Counted from the stretch's first letter, positions 8,812-20,023 are shown. The stretch is DNA of 34,250 bases from a bacterium (GCA_043779265.1 JAYWEM010000155.1:1-34250), one strand, 5' to 3'. The notes: generated by a model from the letters alone, not told the origin. Program-made: numbers and translations.

Positions 8812-9579
8812 GTGTACACGGGACCCGCATCACCTCGCCGCGCCGTCCTGGGTGTCATCCCCGCCCGCTACGGCGCGTCTCGTTTTCCAGGCAAGCCACT
8901 CGCGTTGCTATGGGGAAAGCCCATGCTCCAGCATGTCTGGGAACGGGCTCGTGCTGCGAAGGGTCTGGATGCCCTGGTGATCGCCACCGACGATGATCGC
9001 ATCGAGGCGGCGGCACGCGCCTTCGGCGCCGAGGTCGAGCGCACCTCGCCTGATTGCGCGAGCGGCACCGACCGTGTGGCCGAAGTGGCGCGCCGTCGAC
9101 CGGAGGCCGCGATCGTGCTGAACCTGCAGGGCGATGAGCCCGAACTCGAGACCGAGGCGGTCACGCTGCTGGTCTCGGCCATACTCGCCGATCCGGCGGT
9201 TCGCATGGGCACGGTGGCGCATCATGAGCCGGATCTCGCCGCGATGGCGAGCGAGCATGTTGTGAAGGTCGTCGTGGACAGCGCGGGCGACGCGCTCTAC
9301 TTCAGCCGCGCCGATCTCGCGGGTGCCTCGCAGGGCGGGCCGGCGCTGCGGCACGCAGGCGTCTACGCATTCAGTCGCGACCTGTTGCTCGAGTTCGCGA
9401 CGTGGCCCCCCGGGCGGTTGGAGCAGGCGGAGCGGCTCGAGCAGTTGCGCGCTGTCGAACGTGGGATCCGGATCCGAGTCGTGGTCGGACGGCGGCCTTT
9501 CGCGGGCGTCGATACGCCCGAGCAGATGGCGGCCCTCGAACTCCGAGGCCCGCGAACACCCAGTGTGACGCACCCCTGA
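8812..9579 (+). CDS. kdsB: 3-deoxy-manno-octulosonate cytidylyltransferase
   Basis: VIPARYGASRFPGKPL, SGTDRVAE, NLQGDEP, ALYFSR, LEQAERLEQLRA, GVDTPE. Confidence 0.95.
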   Translation: MYTGPASPRRAVLGVIPARYGASRFPGKPLALLWGKPMLQHVWERARAAKGLDALVIATDDDRIEAAARAFGAEVERTSPDCASGTDRVAEVARRRPEAAIVLNLQGDEPELETEAVTLLVSAILADPAVRMGTVAHHEPDLAAMASEHVVKVVVDSAGDALYFSRADLAGASQGGPALRHAGVYAFSRDLLLEFATWPPGRLEQAERLEQLRAVERGIRIRVVVGRRPFAGVDTPEQMAALELRGPRTPSVTHP

Positions 9580-9617
9580 CCGACCCTCGGAAGGGACTCC
9601 AAGGGAGGAGCAACCGA

Positions 9618-11278
<1,661 letters not shown>

Positions 11279-11282
<4 letters not shown>

Positions 11283-12088
11283 AGCCGTTCCGGATCGGGG
11301 ATGCCGAGGTCGGAGGATCGAGCCTGCTCGTGGTCGCGGGCCCGTGCGTGGTGGAGAGTGCCGATCTCTGTCTCGAGGTCGCGACCCATCTGCGCATGCT
11401 GTGTGCGGCGCGCGGCATGCCGTTCGTGTTCAAGGCCAGCTACAAGAAGGCGAATCGCTCGAGCGGGCTCAGCTTCGCGGGGCTCGGTGACGATCTCGCG
11501 CTGGCTGCGTTGGCGCGTGTCCGCAAGGACGTCGGCGTGCCGGTGCTGACCGACGTGCACGAGACGGGGGACTGCTCCGCCGCGGCCGAGGTCGCCAACG
11601 TGCTGCAGATCCCGGCGTTCCTCTGTCGCCAGACCGCGCTGCTCGAAGCGGCGGCCCGCACCGGCAGAACCGTGAATGTGAAGAAGGGACAGTTCCTGCC
11701 GCCCGCCGACATGGCGAATGCGATCGCCAAGATCTCCGCCGCCGGCGGCCAGCGCATCCTGCTGACCGAGCGCGGCAGCATGTTCGGCTACGGCGACCTC
11801 GTGGTCGACATGCGAGGTCTCGTGGTGATGCGCGATCTCGGCTGGCCGGTGCTCTATGACGCGACGCACAGCCTGCAGCGTCCGGGTGGGACGCAGACGG
11901 GCGGCGATCGTCACTTCGCGTTCCCGCTCATGCGTGCGGCACTCGCCTGCGGCGTCGATGGCCTGTTCTTCGAGGTCCACCCCGATCCCTCCAAGGCCAA
12001 GAGCGATGCCGCGACGCAGTTGCCGCTCGCCGAGGCGGAACGATTCCTCGACCACGCGCTCCGCGCGCATGAGGCCTCCCGTGGCTGA
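11279..12088 (+). CDS. kdsA: KDO-8-phosphate synthase
   Basis: AGPCVVES, FKASYKKANRSS, LQIPAFLCRQT, KKGQF, DATHSLQRPG, FFEVHPDP..AKSD; ATGA overlap with pyrG. Confidence 0.96.
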
Positions 12089-12626
12089 GTCCCCCAAGTT
12101 CCTCGATCTCGCGCCGGCGCCGATCCCGCATCCTGTGAAGCTGATCTTCCTCGACGTCGACGGCACGTTGACCGATGGCATCATCGGCTTCCTGAGAGAC
12201 GGAGACCTGCGTCACTTCTGGGTTCGCGATGGCCTGTCGCTCGAGTGGGCCCGCGAGTCGGGCATGCTGCCGGTGATCATCTCGGGCCGCGCCTCGCTCG
12301 CAGTGACTGCGCGCATGCATGACCTGGGACTCGAGCACTACCTGGGAGCCAAGGACAAGGTGGCGATCGCCGAAACGGTGCTGGCCCGCGAGGGCATCGC
12401 GTGGAACGCCTGCGCCATGATCGGAGACGACCTGCCGGACGTTCCGCTGTTCCGCCGCGTCGGTTGGGCCATCGCCGTCGCCGATGCCAGTCCGCACGTG
12501 CTTCCCTTCGTGCACGGCGTGACGCGCGAGAAGGCCGGCTTCGGTGCGGTCCGTGAGGCTGTGGAGCACCTGCTCAAGCACAACGGCACATTCGAGCAGG
12601 TGCTCGATCGCTACGAGGCGAGATGA
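12081..12626 (+). CDS. kdsC: KDO-8-phosphate phosphatase (HAD family)
   Basis: LIFLDVDGTLTDG, VRDG, IISGR, IGDDLPD, G.GAVRE; GTG start at 12081 overlaps the kdsA stop. Confidence 0.9.
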   Translation: MAESPKFLDLAPAPIPHPVKLIFLDVDGTLTDGIIGFLRDGDLRHFWVRDGLSLEWARESGMLPVIISGRASLAVTARMHDLGLEHYLGAKDKVAIAETVLAREGIAWNACAMIGDDLPDVPLFRRVGWAIAVADASPHVLPFVHGVTREKAGFGAVREAVEHLLKHNGTFEQVLDRYEAR

Positions 12627-13591
12627 GCGGCCGCTGGGCGGAACGCGCGCGCGGCATCATCCGAGAGCAGGCCGCCGCCGTCGCGGCGCTCGAGGCGCAC
12701 ATCGGGCCCGAGTTCGACCTCGCCGTCGAGACCCTCGCCGGAACCCGGGGCAAGACCATCGTCTCGGGCGTCGGCAAGTCGGGGCTGCTCGGACAGAAGA
12801 TCGCGGCGACGCTGACCAGTACCGGCACGCCCTCGGTGTTCATGCATCCGACCGAGGCGCTGCACGGCGACGCCGGGTTGTTCGCCAAGGGGGACGCCGC
12901 ACTGTTCCTCTCGAAGAGCGGAGCGAGCGAGGAGTTGCTGGCGCTGATGCCCTACCTGGAGCGGCACGGCATCCCGCTCGTCTCGATCGTCTGTCAGCCG
13001 GGCTCGCCACTGGGCCAGAAGAGCAAGGTGAGTCTTGTGGTCGGGCCGGTCGCGGAGTCCTGCCCGCACGACCTGACGCCCACCACCAGCATCACGCTGA
13101 CGCAGGTGATGGGGGACTGCCTCGCCATCTCGCTCATGGAGCGACGCGGCTTCGCGCCCGAGGACTTCCGCTTCCTGCATCCGGGCGGGCTGATCGGCCG
13201 CTCGGCCGCGAGGCGCGTGGAAGAGCGCATGCACGCGGGTGATGCGATGCCGCGCGTCGAGCTGGGCACCGGGCTGCGCGAGCTCATGCTCGAGATCATG
13301 CAGAAGCGACTCGGCATCACCACCGTCGTCGATGCCAAGGGGCAGTTGGCCGGCGTCATCAGCGACGGCGACTTCAAGCGTCTGCTGCTCAAGCAGGATG
13401 ATCCGTGGCCGCTGACCGCCGCCGAGATCATGAGCCGGACGCCGAGCACGATCGCTCCTGATGCACTGGTGGCGAGTGCGGTGCGTCAGATGGAGGAGCG
13501 GCCGGGAGGAGCGATCACCGCGCTCGTCGTGATCGATGCCGAGCGGCGTCCGGTCGGCATCCTGCACCTGCACGATTGCCTGCGCGGCTGA
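12623..13591 (+). CDS. kdsD: arabinose-5-phosphate isomerase (KpsF/GutQ, SIS plus CBS domains)
   Basis: SGVGKSG..G.KIAATLTSTGTP, EALHGD, PTTS, HPGG, two C-terminal CBS domains. Confidence 0.94.
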   Translation: MSGRWAERARGIIREQAAAVAALEAHIGPEFDLAVETLAGTRGKTIVSGVGKSGLLGQKIAATLTSTGTPSVFMHPTEALHGDAGLFAKGDAALFLSKSGASEELLALMPYLERHGIPLVSIVCQPGSPLGQKSKVSLVVGPVAESCPHDLTPTTSITLTQVMGDCLAISLMERRGFAPEDFRFLHPGGLIGRSAARRVEERMHAGDAMPRVELGTGLRELMLEIMQKRLGITTVVDAKGQLAGVISDGDFKRLLLKQDDPWPLTAAEIMSRTPSTIAPDALVASAVRQMEERPGGAITALVVIDAERRPVGILHLHDCLRG

Positions 13592-13603
13592 CGAAGCGCG
13601 GCG

Positions 13604-14959
13604 CTACGGCGCCGCGAATTCAGCGGCCTGCTTCTCGTAGCGCGCGATCGTCCGCTCCGAGCGCTGATCGGCCGGCATCGCCTTGGCCCGCTTGAGCGAC
13701 TCGGTCACCCAGTGCCGGACACCGGCGGCATCCGCCATGTCGCGATGGAGTGCGATGCGCGCATCGAGCACGACGAACTGTCGCGGCCCGTACACGAGCG
13801 CAAGAGCGCGATCGCTCGCGACCTTCGCCTCCGGCCAGCGCTTCATCGCCTTGAACGCGAGTGCGAGGCGAGCGGGCGGGTTGTAGTCGTCCGGGAACTC
13901 GCGCTGGCTCTGCTCGAGCGAGGCCACCACGCGCTCGAACGTGCCGAGTACCATGGCGAGTGAGACGCGATGCGAGTCGAACACCGTGCGCTCGTGCGGC
14001 GTGCGAGCCGCATCGGCCTCGCGATCGAGCATCGAGAGATGCTCCACCATGAGCGCTCGGGCGCCGGTCGAGTCGCCCGCAGCCTCGCGCGCTGACTCGA
14101 GACTGAAGTAGACGCCGCTTCGATCGTCGGCGGGGAATCGCTCGCGCGCGCCCACCAGCTCGCGGCACGCCGACTCGAATCGTGCGACCCACGCCTTGCG
14201 CTGTGCGTGCTCGGCGGGCAGCGAGAGCGCGGCATCGAGGCCGCCGGCCGCCAGCGTTGCGGCCGAGGAGGTGGCCGACAGCTTCGGCCAGGCCGCAATC
14301 GCCTGCTGCACCGCGGCCAAGGGACGTTTGGCGCTCGAAAGGGCGAACATGCGCGACTCGACGGCGCGTGCGTAGTCCGGCCAGTCCTCGGGGGCTGAGG
14401 CGAGTGCGCGCTCGAACGCGTCGGCGGCGCCGGCGTGGTCCTCCTTGCCGTAGAGTCGATCGGCCTCGATCAACGCCTGGTAGGCGGGCGTCGAGACGTG
14501 GCCGCCTCGGACCGCGGCCTCCCCATCCGACAGCAGCTTCTCCAACTGGCCGACCGAGGCACCGCCGACCCAGCGGATCGCGACGCTCTCGGAATCGGGG
14601 TCGACGACGAAGTAGGTGGGCACGGCGCTGACGCCGGTGCGTTTGCGGAACGCGGCGTTCTTCGCCTGCTCGATGTCGACCGAGAGCCAGACGTAGCGCG
14701 ACGCTTGCGGCACGAGGGCCGAGTCCGTGAACACGAACGCGCGCATGGAACGGCAGGCGTGGCACCACGGTGCCCACATCTCGACGAACACCGGCAGTTG
14801 CTTCTCGCGTCCCTCGGCCATGGCGCGGCCGATGTCGTCCTCGATGAAGGGGAGGGCGAAGCGGGGCGATGCCCCGCTCTGGGTCGTGGAAGTGGCGGGT
14901 GCGGCGGCGGCGGCCGGGGCCGCGACTGCGAGCAGGCAGAGCAGCAGGAGTGGGCGCAT
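13604..14959 (-). CDS. secreted thioredoxin-domain protein with TPR-like helical repeats
   Basis: Signal peptide MRPLLLLCLLAVAAPAAAA, WAPWCHAC active site, cis-Pro motif AVPTYFV, Ala-rich helical repeats; TATGCT -10 box 6 nt upstream of ATG 14959. Confidence 0.8.
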   Translation of the reverse strand: MRPLLLLCLLAVAAPAAAAAPATSTTQSGASPRFALPFIEDDIGRAMAEGREKQLPVFVEMWAPWCHACRSMRAFVFTDSALVPQASRYVWLSVDIEQAKNAAFRKRTGVSAVPTYFVVDPDSESVAIRWVGGASVGQLEKLLSDGEAAVRGGHVSTPAYQALIEADRLYGKEDHAGAADAFERALASAPEDWPDYARAVESRMFALSSAKRPLAAVQQAIAAWPKLSATSSAATLAAGGLDAALSLPAEHAQRKAWVARFESACRELVGARERFPADDRSGVYFSLESAREAAGDSTGARALMVEHLSMLDREADAARTPHERTVFDSHRVSLAMVLGTFERVVASLEQSQREFPDDYNPPARLALAFKAMKRWPEAKVASDRALALVYGPRQFVVLDARIALHRDMADAAGVRHWVTESLKRAKAMPADQRSERTIARYEKQAAEFAAP

Positions 14960-15126
14960 GAGCCGAGCATAGGGCCTCAAGTGACCGCGCGGAATGGTCG
15001 GGCCCGGGTCGGGCCCGGGTGGGGGCCGCGTCCGTCTCACCTCAGGCGGCGTCGGTCGGTCGCTTCGCCACCAGCCGACTCGGTCGGTCCCGAGCTGACG
15101 CCAGAACCCGAAACGACCGACCTTCC

Positions 15127-15642
15127 ATGCGCCGCAACTCGTGGGTCATCGTATGCCTGTCACTCGCCGCGCTCGCCACGCCGGGATTCGCCGCGGAGGC
15201 CCCGCCGCCCTGCAGCAGCGCCGAGTATCGGCAGTTCGACTTCTGGATCGGTCGCTGGGACGTCGCCTCGCCGCAGGGACAGGTGCAGGGCAGCAATGAG
15301 ATCAGTCGTGCCCTCGGCGACTGCGCGCTGCGCGAGCGCTGGAAGGGTTCGCAGGGGATGAGCGGCGAGAGCCTCAACTCCTATGACGCCACGCGCCGGA
15401 TGTGGCATCAGACGTGGGTGGACGACCGCGGCACGCTGCTGACAGTCGAGGGCGGGTTGCGCGACAGCAGCATGGTGATGCAGGGCGTACGACCGGGGCC
15501 GGGCGGCAAGAGCGTCCGGCAGCGCATCACCTGGACTCCCAAGTCGAAGGACGAGGTGCACCAGCATTGGGAGACCTCGAGCGACGACGGGGCCACGTGG
15601 ACAACGGCGTTCCTCGGGGTCTACCGGCGCGCCAAGCCCTGA
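15127..15642 (+). CDS. secreted conserved hypothetical protein (beta-barrel, DUF1579-like)
   Basis: Signal peptide ending ...TPGFA; C..AEYRQFDFWIG.WDV, G.SLN.YD....WHQTWVD, S.DDG.TW...F.G.Y.R. Confidence 0.7.
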   Translation: MRRNSWVIVCLSLAALATPGFAAEAPPPCSSAEYRQFDFWIGRWDVASPQGQVQGSNEISRALGDCALRERWKGSQGMSGESLNSYDATRRMWHQTWVDDRGTLLTVEGGLRDSSMVMQGVRPGPGGKSVRQRITWTPKSKDEVHQHWETSSDDGATWTTAFLGVYRRAKP

Positions 15643-15751
15643 TCCCCGGGGTTCGTCCAGCCGAGTGCGCGGTCCCGACGCAGACGTCGATGAGGCGTCA
15701 AGCCGGACCCCTGCCCGCCCGATAACTCAAAGGGAGGCTCGCGGATAGTTG

Positions 15752-15768
15752 CTGGCACAAGCCGTGCT
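15752..15768 (+). promoter_or_regulatory. sigma54 -24/-12 site
   Basis: CTGGCACAAGCCGTGCT: GG (15754-55) and GC (15766-67) separated by exactly 10 nt, matching TGGCAC-N5-(T)TGCW. Confidence 0.65.
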
Positions 15769-15796
15769 TGAACGCATCCTCCGCGGGGGTTAGCGT
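15768..15796 (+). promoter_or_regulatory. sigma70-type promoter for the lptC-lptB-rpoN operon
   Basis: TTGAAC (15768-73), 17-bp spacer, TAGCGT (15791-96). Confidence 0.55.
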
Positions 15797-15845
15797 GCCT
15801 CTCAGAGGTGGTCTCCGCAGGGAGCGGAGCATCCTCGACCCCTCC

Positions 15846-16433
15846 ATGACCGAATCCCGACGCCATACGTCCCGAGCATCGTCCGCAGCCGCCCTCATCG
15901 CCCTTGCCCTGACGCTGTTCGGGTGCGGGGAAGGGGCCAAGCGGCATGCCACCGTGCCACCCGGTGAACTGCCCGACCAGGAGGTCTCCGACTTCGTGCT
16001 GACCGAGACCGATCAGGGTCGCCCGCAGTGGACGCTCTACGCGCGCTCCGCCTCGACGTTCACGGCGCAGCAGGTGATCCGTGTGCGCGGCGTTCGAGTG
16101 GACTTCTTCGGTGAGGACGGCAAGCGTTCCTCGGAGTTGATCGCCCGCGAGGGCGAGATCCATCAGGAGCGCCGCGACATGACGGCGCGAGGCGGCGTGG
16201 TGCTCTCGACCGATGAGGGCACGCGAATGACCACCGAGGAACTGCAGTATCTGAACCTCGCCAACATGATCACATCCGATCGCCTGGTTCGCGTCGAGCG
16301 GCAGGGCGACGTGCTCGAGGGCGTCGGCTTCGAGAGTGACCCCGGGCTCAAGCACTTCGAGTTCCGCACCAAGGTCCGGGCCACTGTCCGCAACAGCGGT
16401 GCCGCACTCGAATCACGACTGGCGCCGCGATGA
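15846..16433 (+). CDS. lptC: LPS export periplasmic protein LptC (lipoprotein-type N-terminus)
   Basis: Beta-jellyroll pattern (W.L.A..A, VRVDFF...G...SEL.A.EG, G.VV......TEEL.Y......I.SD..V......L.GVGFESD); position before lptB; lipobox LFG-C. Confidence 0.85.
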   Translation: MTESRRHTSRASSAAALIALALTLFGCGEGAKRHATVPPGELPDQEVSDFVLTETDQGRPQWTLYARSASTFTAQQVIRVRGVRVDFFGEDGKRSSELIAREGEIHQERRDMTARGGVVLSTDEGTRMTTEELQYLNLANMITSDRLVRVERQGDVLEGVGFESDPGLKHFEFRTKVRATVRNSGAALESRLAPR

Positions 16434-17197
16434 CCCAGGCCGCCGCTGAGCCGATCGTGGACGGAGCCGTCGCGACCGACGGGCTGGTGGCGCAGGGGCT
16501 CGAGCGCTACTACGGTCGCTGGCGTGTCGTCACTGGAGTCGATGTGAGCGTGCGCCGAGGTGAAGTGGTCGGGCTGCTCGGACCCAACGGCGCCGGCAAG
16601 TCGACGACCTTCCAGATGATCGTCGGGCTGTTGCGTCCCAACTCGGGTCGCATCCTGCTCGATGGCCGCGACATCACGCTCGAGCCGGTCTATCGCCGTG
16701 CGCGACTGGGGCTCGGGTATCTGGCGCAGGAGCCCAGCATCTTCCGCCGTCTCACGGTGCGCGAGAACGTGCTCGCGGTGCTCGAGACCATGGCGCTGTC
16801 GCGCAGTGCCCGCGAGGAGCGCCTAGGCGAACTGCTCGACGACCTGAATCTGACGCATCTGGCGAACCGGCAGGCGCACAAGCTCTCGGGTGGAGAGCGG
16901 CGCCGCGTCGAGATCACGCGCTCATTGGCGCGGCAGCCGTCGTTCATGTTGCTCGATGAGCCCTTCGTCGGGATCGATCCGATCGCGGTCGAGGAGATCC
17001 AGGCGATCATCGCGCGGCTGCGCGCTCGCGGGCTCGGCGTGCTCATCACCGATCACAATGTCCGCGTGACGCTCAACACGACGGACCGCTCTTACATCAT
17101 GTTCGATGGCCGCATCCAGCTCGCCGGTTCGCCTGCCGAACTGGCTTCGAACGCATTGGCTCGCCAGTACTATCTCGGCGACAGCTTCACCCTCTAG
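16430..17197 (+). CDS. lptB: LPS export ABC ATPase LptB
   Basis: GLLGPNGAGKSTTF, GYLAQEPSIFR, LSGGERRRVEI, LLDEPF.GIDPI, LITDHNVR, YYLG..F.L. Confidence 0.95.
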   Translation: MTQAAAEPIVDGAVATDGLVAQGLERYYGRWRVVTGVDVSVRRGEVVGLLGPNGAGKSTTFQMIVGLLRPNSGRILLDGRDITLEPVYRRARLGLGYLAQEPSIFRRLTVRENVLAVLETMALSRSAREERLGELLDDLNLTHLANRQAHKLSGGERRRVEITRSLARQPSFMLLDEPFVGIDPIAVEEIQAIIARLRARGLGVLITDHNVRVTLNTTDRSYIMFDGRIQLAGSPAELASNALARQYYLGDSFTL

Positions 17198-17210
17198 GGA
17201 AGGCACCGCC

Positions 17211-18644
17211 ATGGACATGAGACCATCGCTCCACTTGCAGCAGAAGCAGTCGCTGATCATGACGCCGCGACTCCAGCAGGCGCTCAAGCTGCTCCAGGTG
17301 CCGACACTCGAACTCCAGCAGATCCTCAAGCAGGAGATGCTGCAGAATCCGCTGCTCGAAGAGGTCGATGACGTCCTCGACCAGGAGGACATCGAGCGCG
17401 AGGGTTCGGCCGACGAGGAGAACAACAAGGAGGCGGAGGACCCGGCGGAGGACGACCCGATCGATTGGTCCGAGTACCTCCAGGACGGTCTCGATCGCAC
17501 CTACGTCCCGTCGAGTGAGCAGGGGATCGAGTTCCTCGAGAAGGTGCCGGTCACGCGGTCATCGATGGCCGAGGGCCTGCTCGAGCAGCTCCACTTCCTC
17601 AGCCTCTCCGAGGAGACGATGCGGATCGCCGAGTTCCTCGTGGGCTCGATCGATGATCGCGGCTGGCTGGTGACCCCGATCGAGGAGGTGGCCAGCATGA
17701 TGGGCACCACGGTCGAGAACGTCGAGCGGGTGCTTGCCGTGGTGCAGGCGCTCGAACCGACGGGTATCGGCGCGCGCGATCTGCGCGAGTGCCTGCTCAT
17801 CCAGCTCGATGCGCGCGGTGATCGCGACACGCTCCCGTGGAAGCTGATCCACGATCAGTTCGATCACCTTGTGAATCGCCGCTTCCCCGAGATCGCGCGC
17901 CTGCTCAAGGTGACGCCCGAGGAGGTGCAGGCGGGCGCCGACGCGATCGCCAGCCTGAATCCGCGTCCGGGAACCGCGATCGCCGACGAGGAGACGCGCT
18001 ACGTCACGCCCGACCTGCTGGTCGAGCGCGTCGATGACGAGTACGTGGTCATGCTGAACGACCGGCATGTGCCACGCCTGCGCATTTCGAGCGCCTACGC
18101 GAGCGTCATCAAGGGCAAGAAGAAGCCCGAGGCGACGACGACCGAGAAGGAGACGCGCACCTACATCAAGGACCGGCTCGCCTCGGCCAAGTGGCTCATC
18201 CAGACGATCGAGCAGCGCCGCCGCACGATGATCAGGGTGATGGAGTGCATCATCCGCGAGCAGCGCGAGTTCTTCGATCGCGGCATCGCCTACCTACGGC
18301 CGCTGACGCTGGCCGCCGTGGCCAGGCAGATCGACATGCATGAGTCCACCGTGTCGCGCGTCTGCAGCGCCAAGTACGTGCAGACGCCGCGCGGAGTCTT
18401 CGAACTCAAGTTCTTCTTCTCGAGCGGTCTCGAGACCGACGACGGCGAGGATGTCTCGGCGCGCACCGCCAAGGACATCATCCGCACGCTCATCGACGAA
18501 GAGAGCAAGCAGGACCCGCTCTCGGACCAGCGCATCGCGGAAATGCTGCATGAGAAGGGCCTCCACATCGCGCGACGGACCGTGGCGAAGTATCGTGAGC
18601 AACTGAGCATCCTGCCGGCGAGGTTCCGCCGGCGCGTCGCCTGA
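17211..18644 (+). CDS. rpoN: RNA polymerase sigma-54 factor
   Basis: Region I MTPRLQQALKLLQ, GIGARDLRECL, MHESTVSR, RpoN box ARRTVAKYRE. Confidence 0.97.
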   Translation: MDMRPSLHLQQKQSLIMTPRLQQALKLLQVPTLELQQILKQEMLQNPLLEEVDDVLDQEDIEREGSADEENNKEAEDPAEDDPIDWSEYLQDGLDRTYVPSSEQGIEFLEKVPVTRSSMAEGLLEQLHFLSLSEETMRIAEFLVGSIDDRGWLVTPIEEVASMMGTTVENVERVLAVVQALEPTGIGARDLRECLLIQLDARGDRDTLPWKLIHDQFDHLVNRRFPEIARLLKVTPEEVQAGADAIASLNPRPGTAIADEETRYVTPDLLVERVDDEYVVMLNDRHVPRLRISSAYASVIKGKKKPEATTTEKETRTYIKDRLASAKWLIQTIEQRRRTMIRVMECIIREQREFFDRGIAYLRPLTLAAVARQIDMHESTVSRVCSAKYVQTPRGVFELKFFFSSGLETDDGEDVSARTAKDIIRTLIDEESKQDPLSDQRIAEMLHEKGLHIARRTVAKYREQLSILPARFRRRVA

Positions 18645-18688
18645 CCCCGCCGCACCTGCTGTCCTCTCCGCTGAGAAGGAGGATCGCC

Positions 18689-19051
18689 GTGCAGATCCAG
18701 ATCACTGCGCGTCACCTGGAACTCCCTGCCGCCGCTCGCGCGTTCGCCGAGGACCGGCTCGAGAAGCTGCAGCGCATCAACTCCGACATCCTGGCCATCC
18801 ATCTCATCGTGAGTGCCGAGCGTGAGGGCCACTCCGCCGAGATCACGCTGCGCGTGCACCAGCACGACATCGTGATCTTCGAGAAGCACGAGCACGTCCG
18901 GACGGCGATCGAACTGGCCGCCGACCGCGTCGAGGAGCAACTCCGCCGCCTCAAGGAGAAGCGCATCGATGGTCGCCAGCGGCACGAGGGCGGCCGCGGC
19001 CTCAATGCCCAGCTCGCGGATACTCCCGCTGGAGACGAGGACGAGGACTGA
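18689..19051 (+). CDS. hpf: ribosome hibernation promoting factor (short HPF/RaiA)
   Basis: MQIQITARHL....A...LEKL, AI..A.DRVEEQLRRLKEK; AAGGAGG SD; canonical position after rpoN. Confidence 0.88.
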   Translation: MQIQITARHLELPAAARAFAEDRLEKLQRINSDILAIHLIVSAEREGHSAEITLRVHQHDIVIFEKHEHVRTAIELAADRVEEQLRRLKEKRIDGRQRHEGGRGLNAQLADTPAGDEDED

Positions 19052-20023
19052 GTGAAGACCCTGAGCGTCGCACGGCTCTACGAGGATCAGCGAGAGGACC
19101 TGCAGCTCGAGTTGCTCACCGAGAACGTGGCCTCGCCGTGTGACATCTCCGTCAGTGACATCCATCGACCCGGCATGGCGCTCATGGGGTTCGTCGAGAA
19201 CTTCCTGCCCGAGCGCATCCAGATCATGGCGCAGACGGAACTGACGTACCTCGCGACGCTGTCTCCGGAGGGCGTCCGCGCCGCGATCGACCGCCTGTTC
19301 CAGTTCACGATGCCGCTGATCGTCGTGTGCAAGGGACTCGAGGTGCCGCCCTACCTGCTGAAGTGTGCGGCGGAGAAGCAGGTGCCGGTGCTCCGCACCA
19401 CGCAGAGCACGACGCCGTTCATCCACTCGATCACCAGCTACTTGGACCACATGTTCGCGCCGTCGGTCTCGGTGCACGGCTCGCTGGTCGATTGCTACGG
19501 CGTCGGCCTGATGTTCACCGGGCGCAGCGCCATCGGTAAGTCGGAGACCGCGCTCGATCTGGTCGAGCGCGGTCATCGCCTCGTGGCCGACGACGTCGTC
19601 ACGATCACCAAGCGGCACGGCGACGTGCTGATCGGCACCGGGAATCAGCTGTTGCGGCACCACATGGAGATCCGCGGCCTCGGCATCATCGACGTGCAGT
19701 CGATCTTCGGCATCCGTTCGATCCGCGTGCAGAAGCGGGTCGAGGTCGAGGTGAGTCTCGCCGAGTGGTCCGACGACGAGGACTACGAGCGCGTCGGCAT
19801 CGACGAGCGCAAGACCTCGGTGCTGGGCGTCGAGATCCCGCTCGTGCAGGTGCCGATCACGCCGGGCAAGAACATCACGGTCATCGCCGAGGTGATCGCG
19901 CTGCACTACCTGGTCAAGGTCTATGGCGGCTATTCGCCGGCCGAGCGTTTGAACCAGCACATGCTCGAGGTGATGAAGCGCAAGAGCGCGGCGCGCGCCT
20001 GGGTGCGTGAGGACACCGAATGA
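19052..20023 (+). CDS. hprK: HPr(Ser) kinase/phosphorylase
   Basis: IHRPGMALMGF, VHGSLVDCYGVG, Walker A GRSAIGKSETAL, GHRLVADD, MEIRGLGII. Confidence 0.95.
   Translation: MKTLSVARLYEDQREDLQLELLTENVASPCDISVSDIHRPGMALMGFVENFLPERIQIMAQTELTYLATLSPEGVRAAIDRLFQFTMPLIVVCKGLEVPPYLLKCAAEKQVPVLRTTQSTTPFIHSITSYLDHMFAPSVSVHGSLVDCYGVGLMFTGRSAIGKSETALDLVERGHRLVADDVVTITKRHGDVLIGTGNQLLRHHMEIRGLGIIDVQSIFGIRSIRVQKRVEVEVSLAEWSDDEDYERVGIDERKTSVLGVEIPLVQVPITPGKNITVIAEVIALHYLVKVYGGYSPAERLNQHMLEVMKRKSAARAWVREDTE

Noticed and set aside
9402..9617. N-terminal extensions in track ORFs (pyrG, kdsC, mdh, rpoN, EIIB/C/D, metK, rplU)
   Set aside because: Artefacts of longest-ORF calling; true starts are set by SD sequences, ATGA overlaps and family N-termini.
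14997..15020. GGGCCCGGGT tandem repeat in the divergent intergenic region
   Set aside because: Only two short GC-rich copies; consistent with chance.
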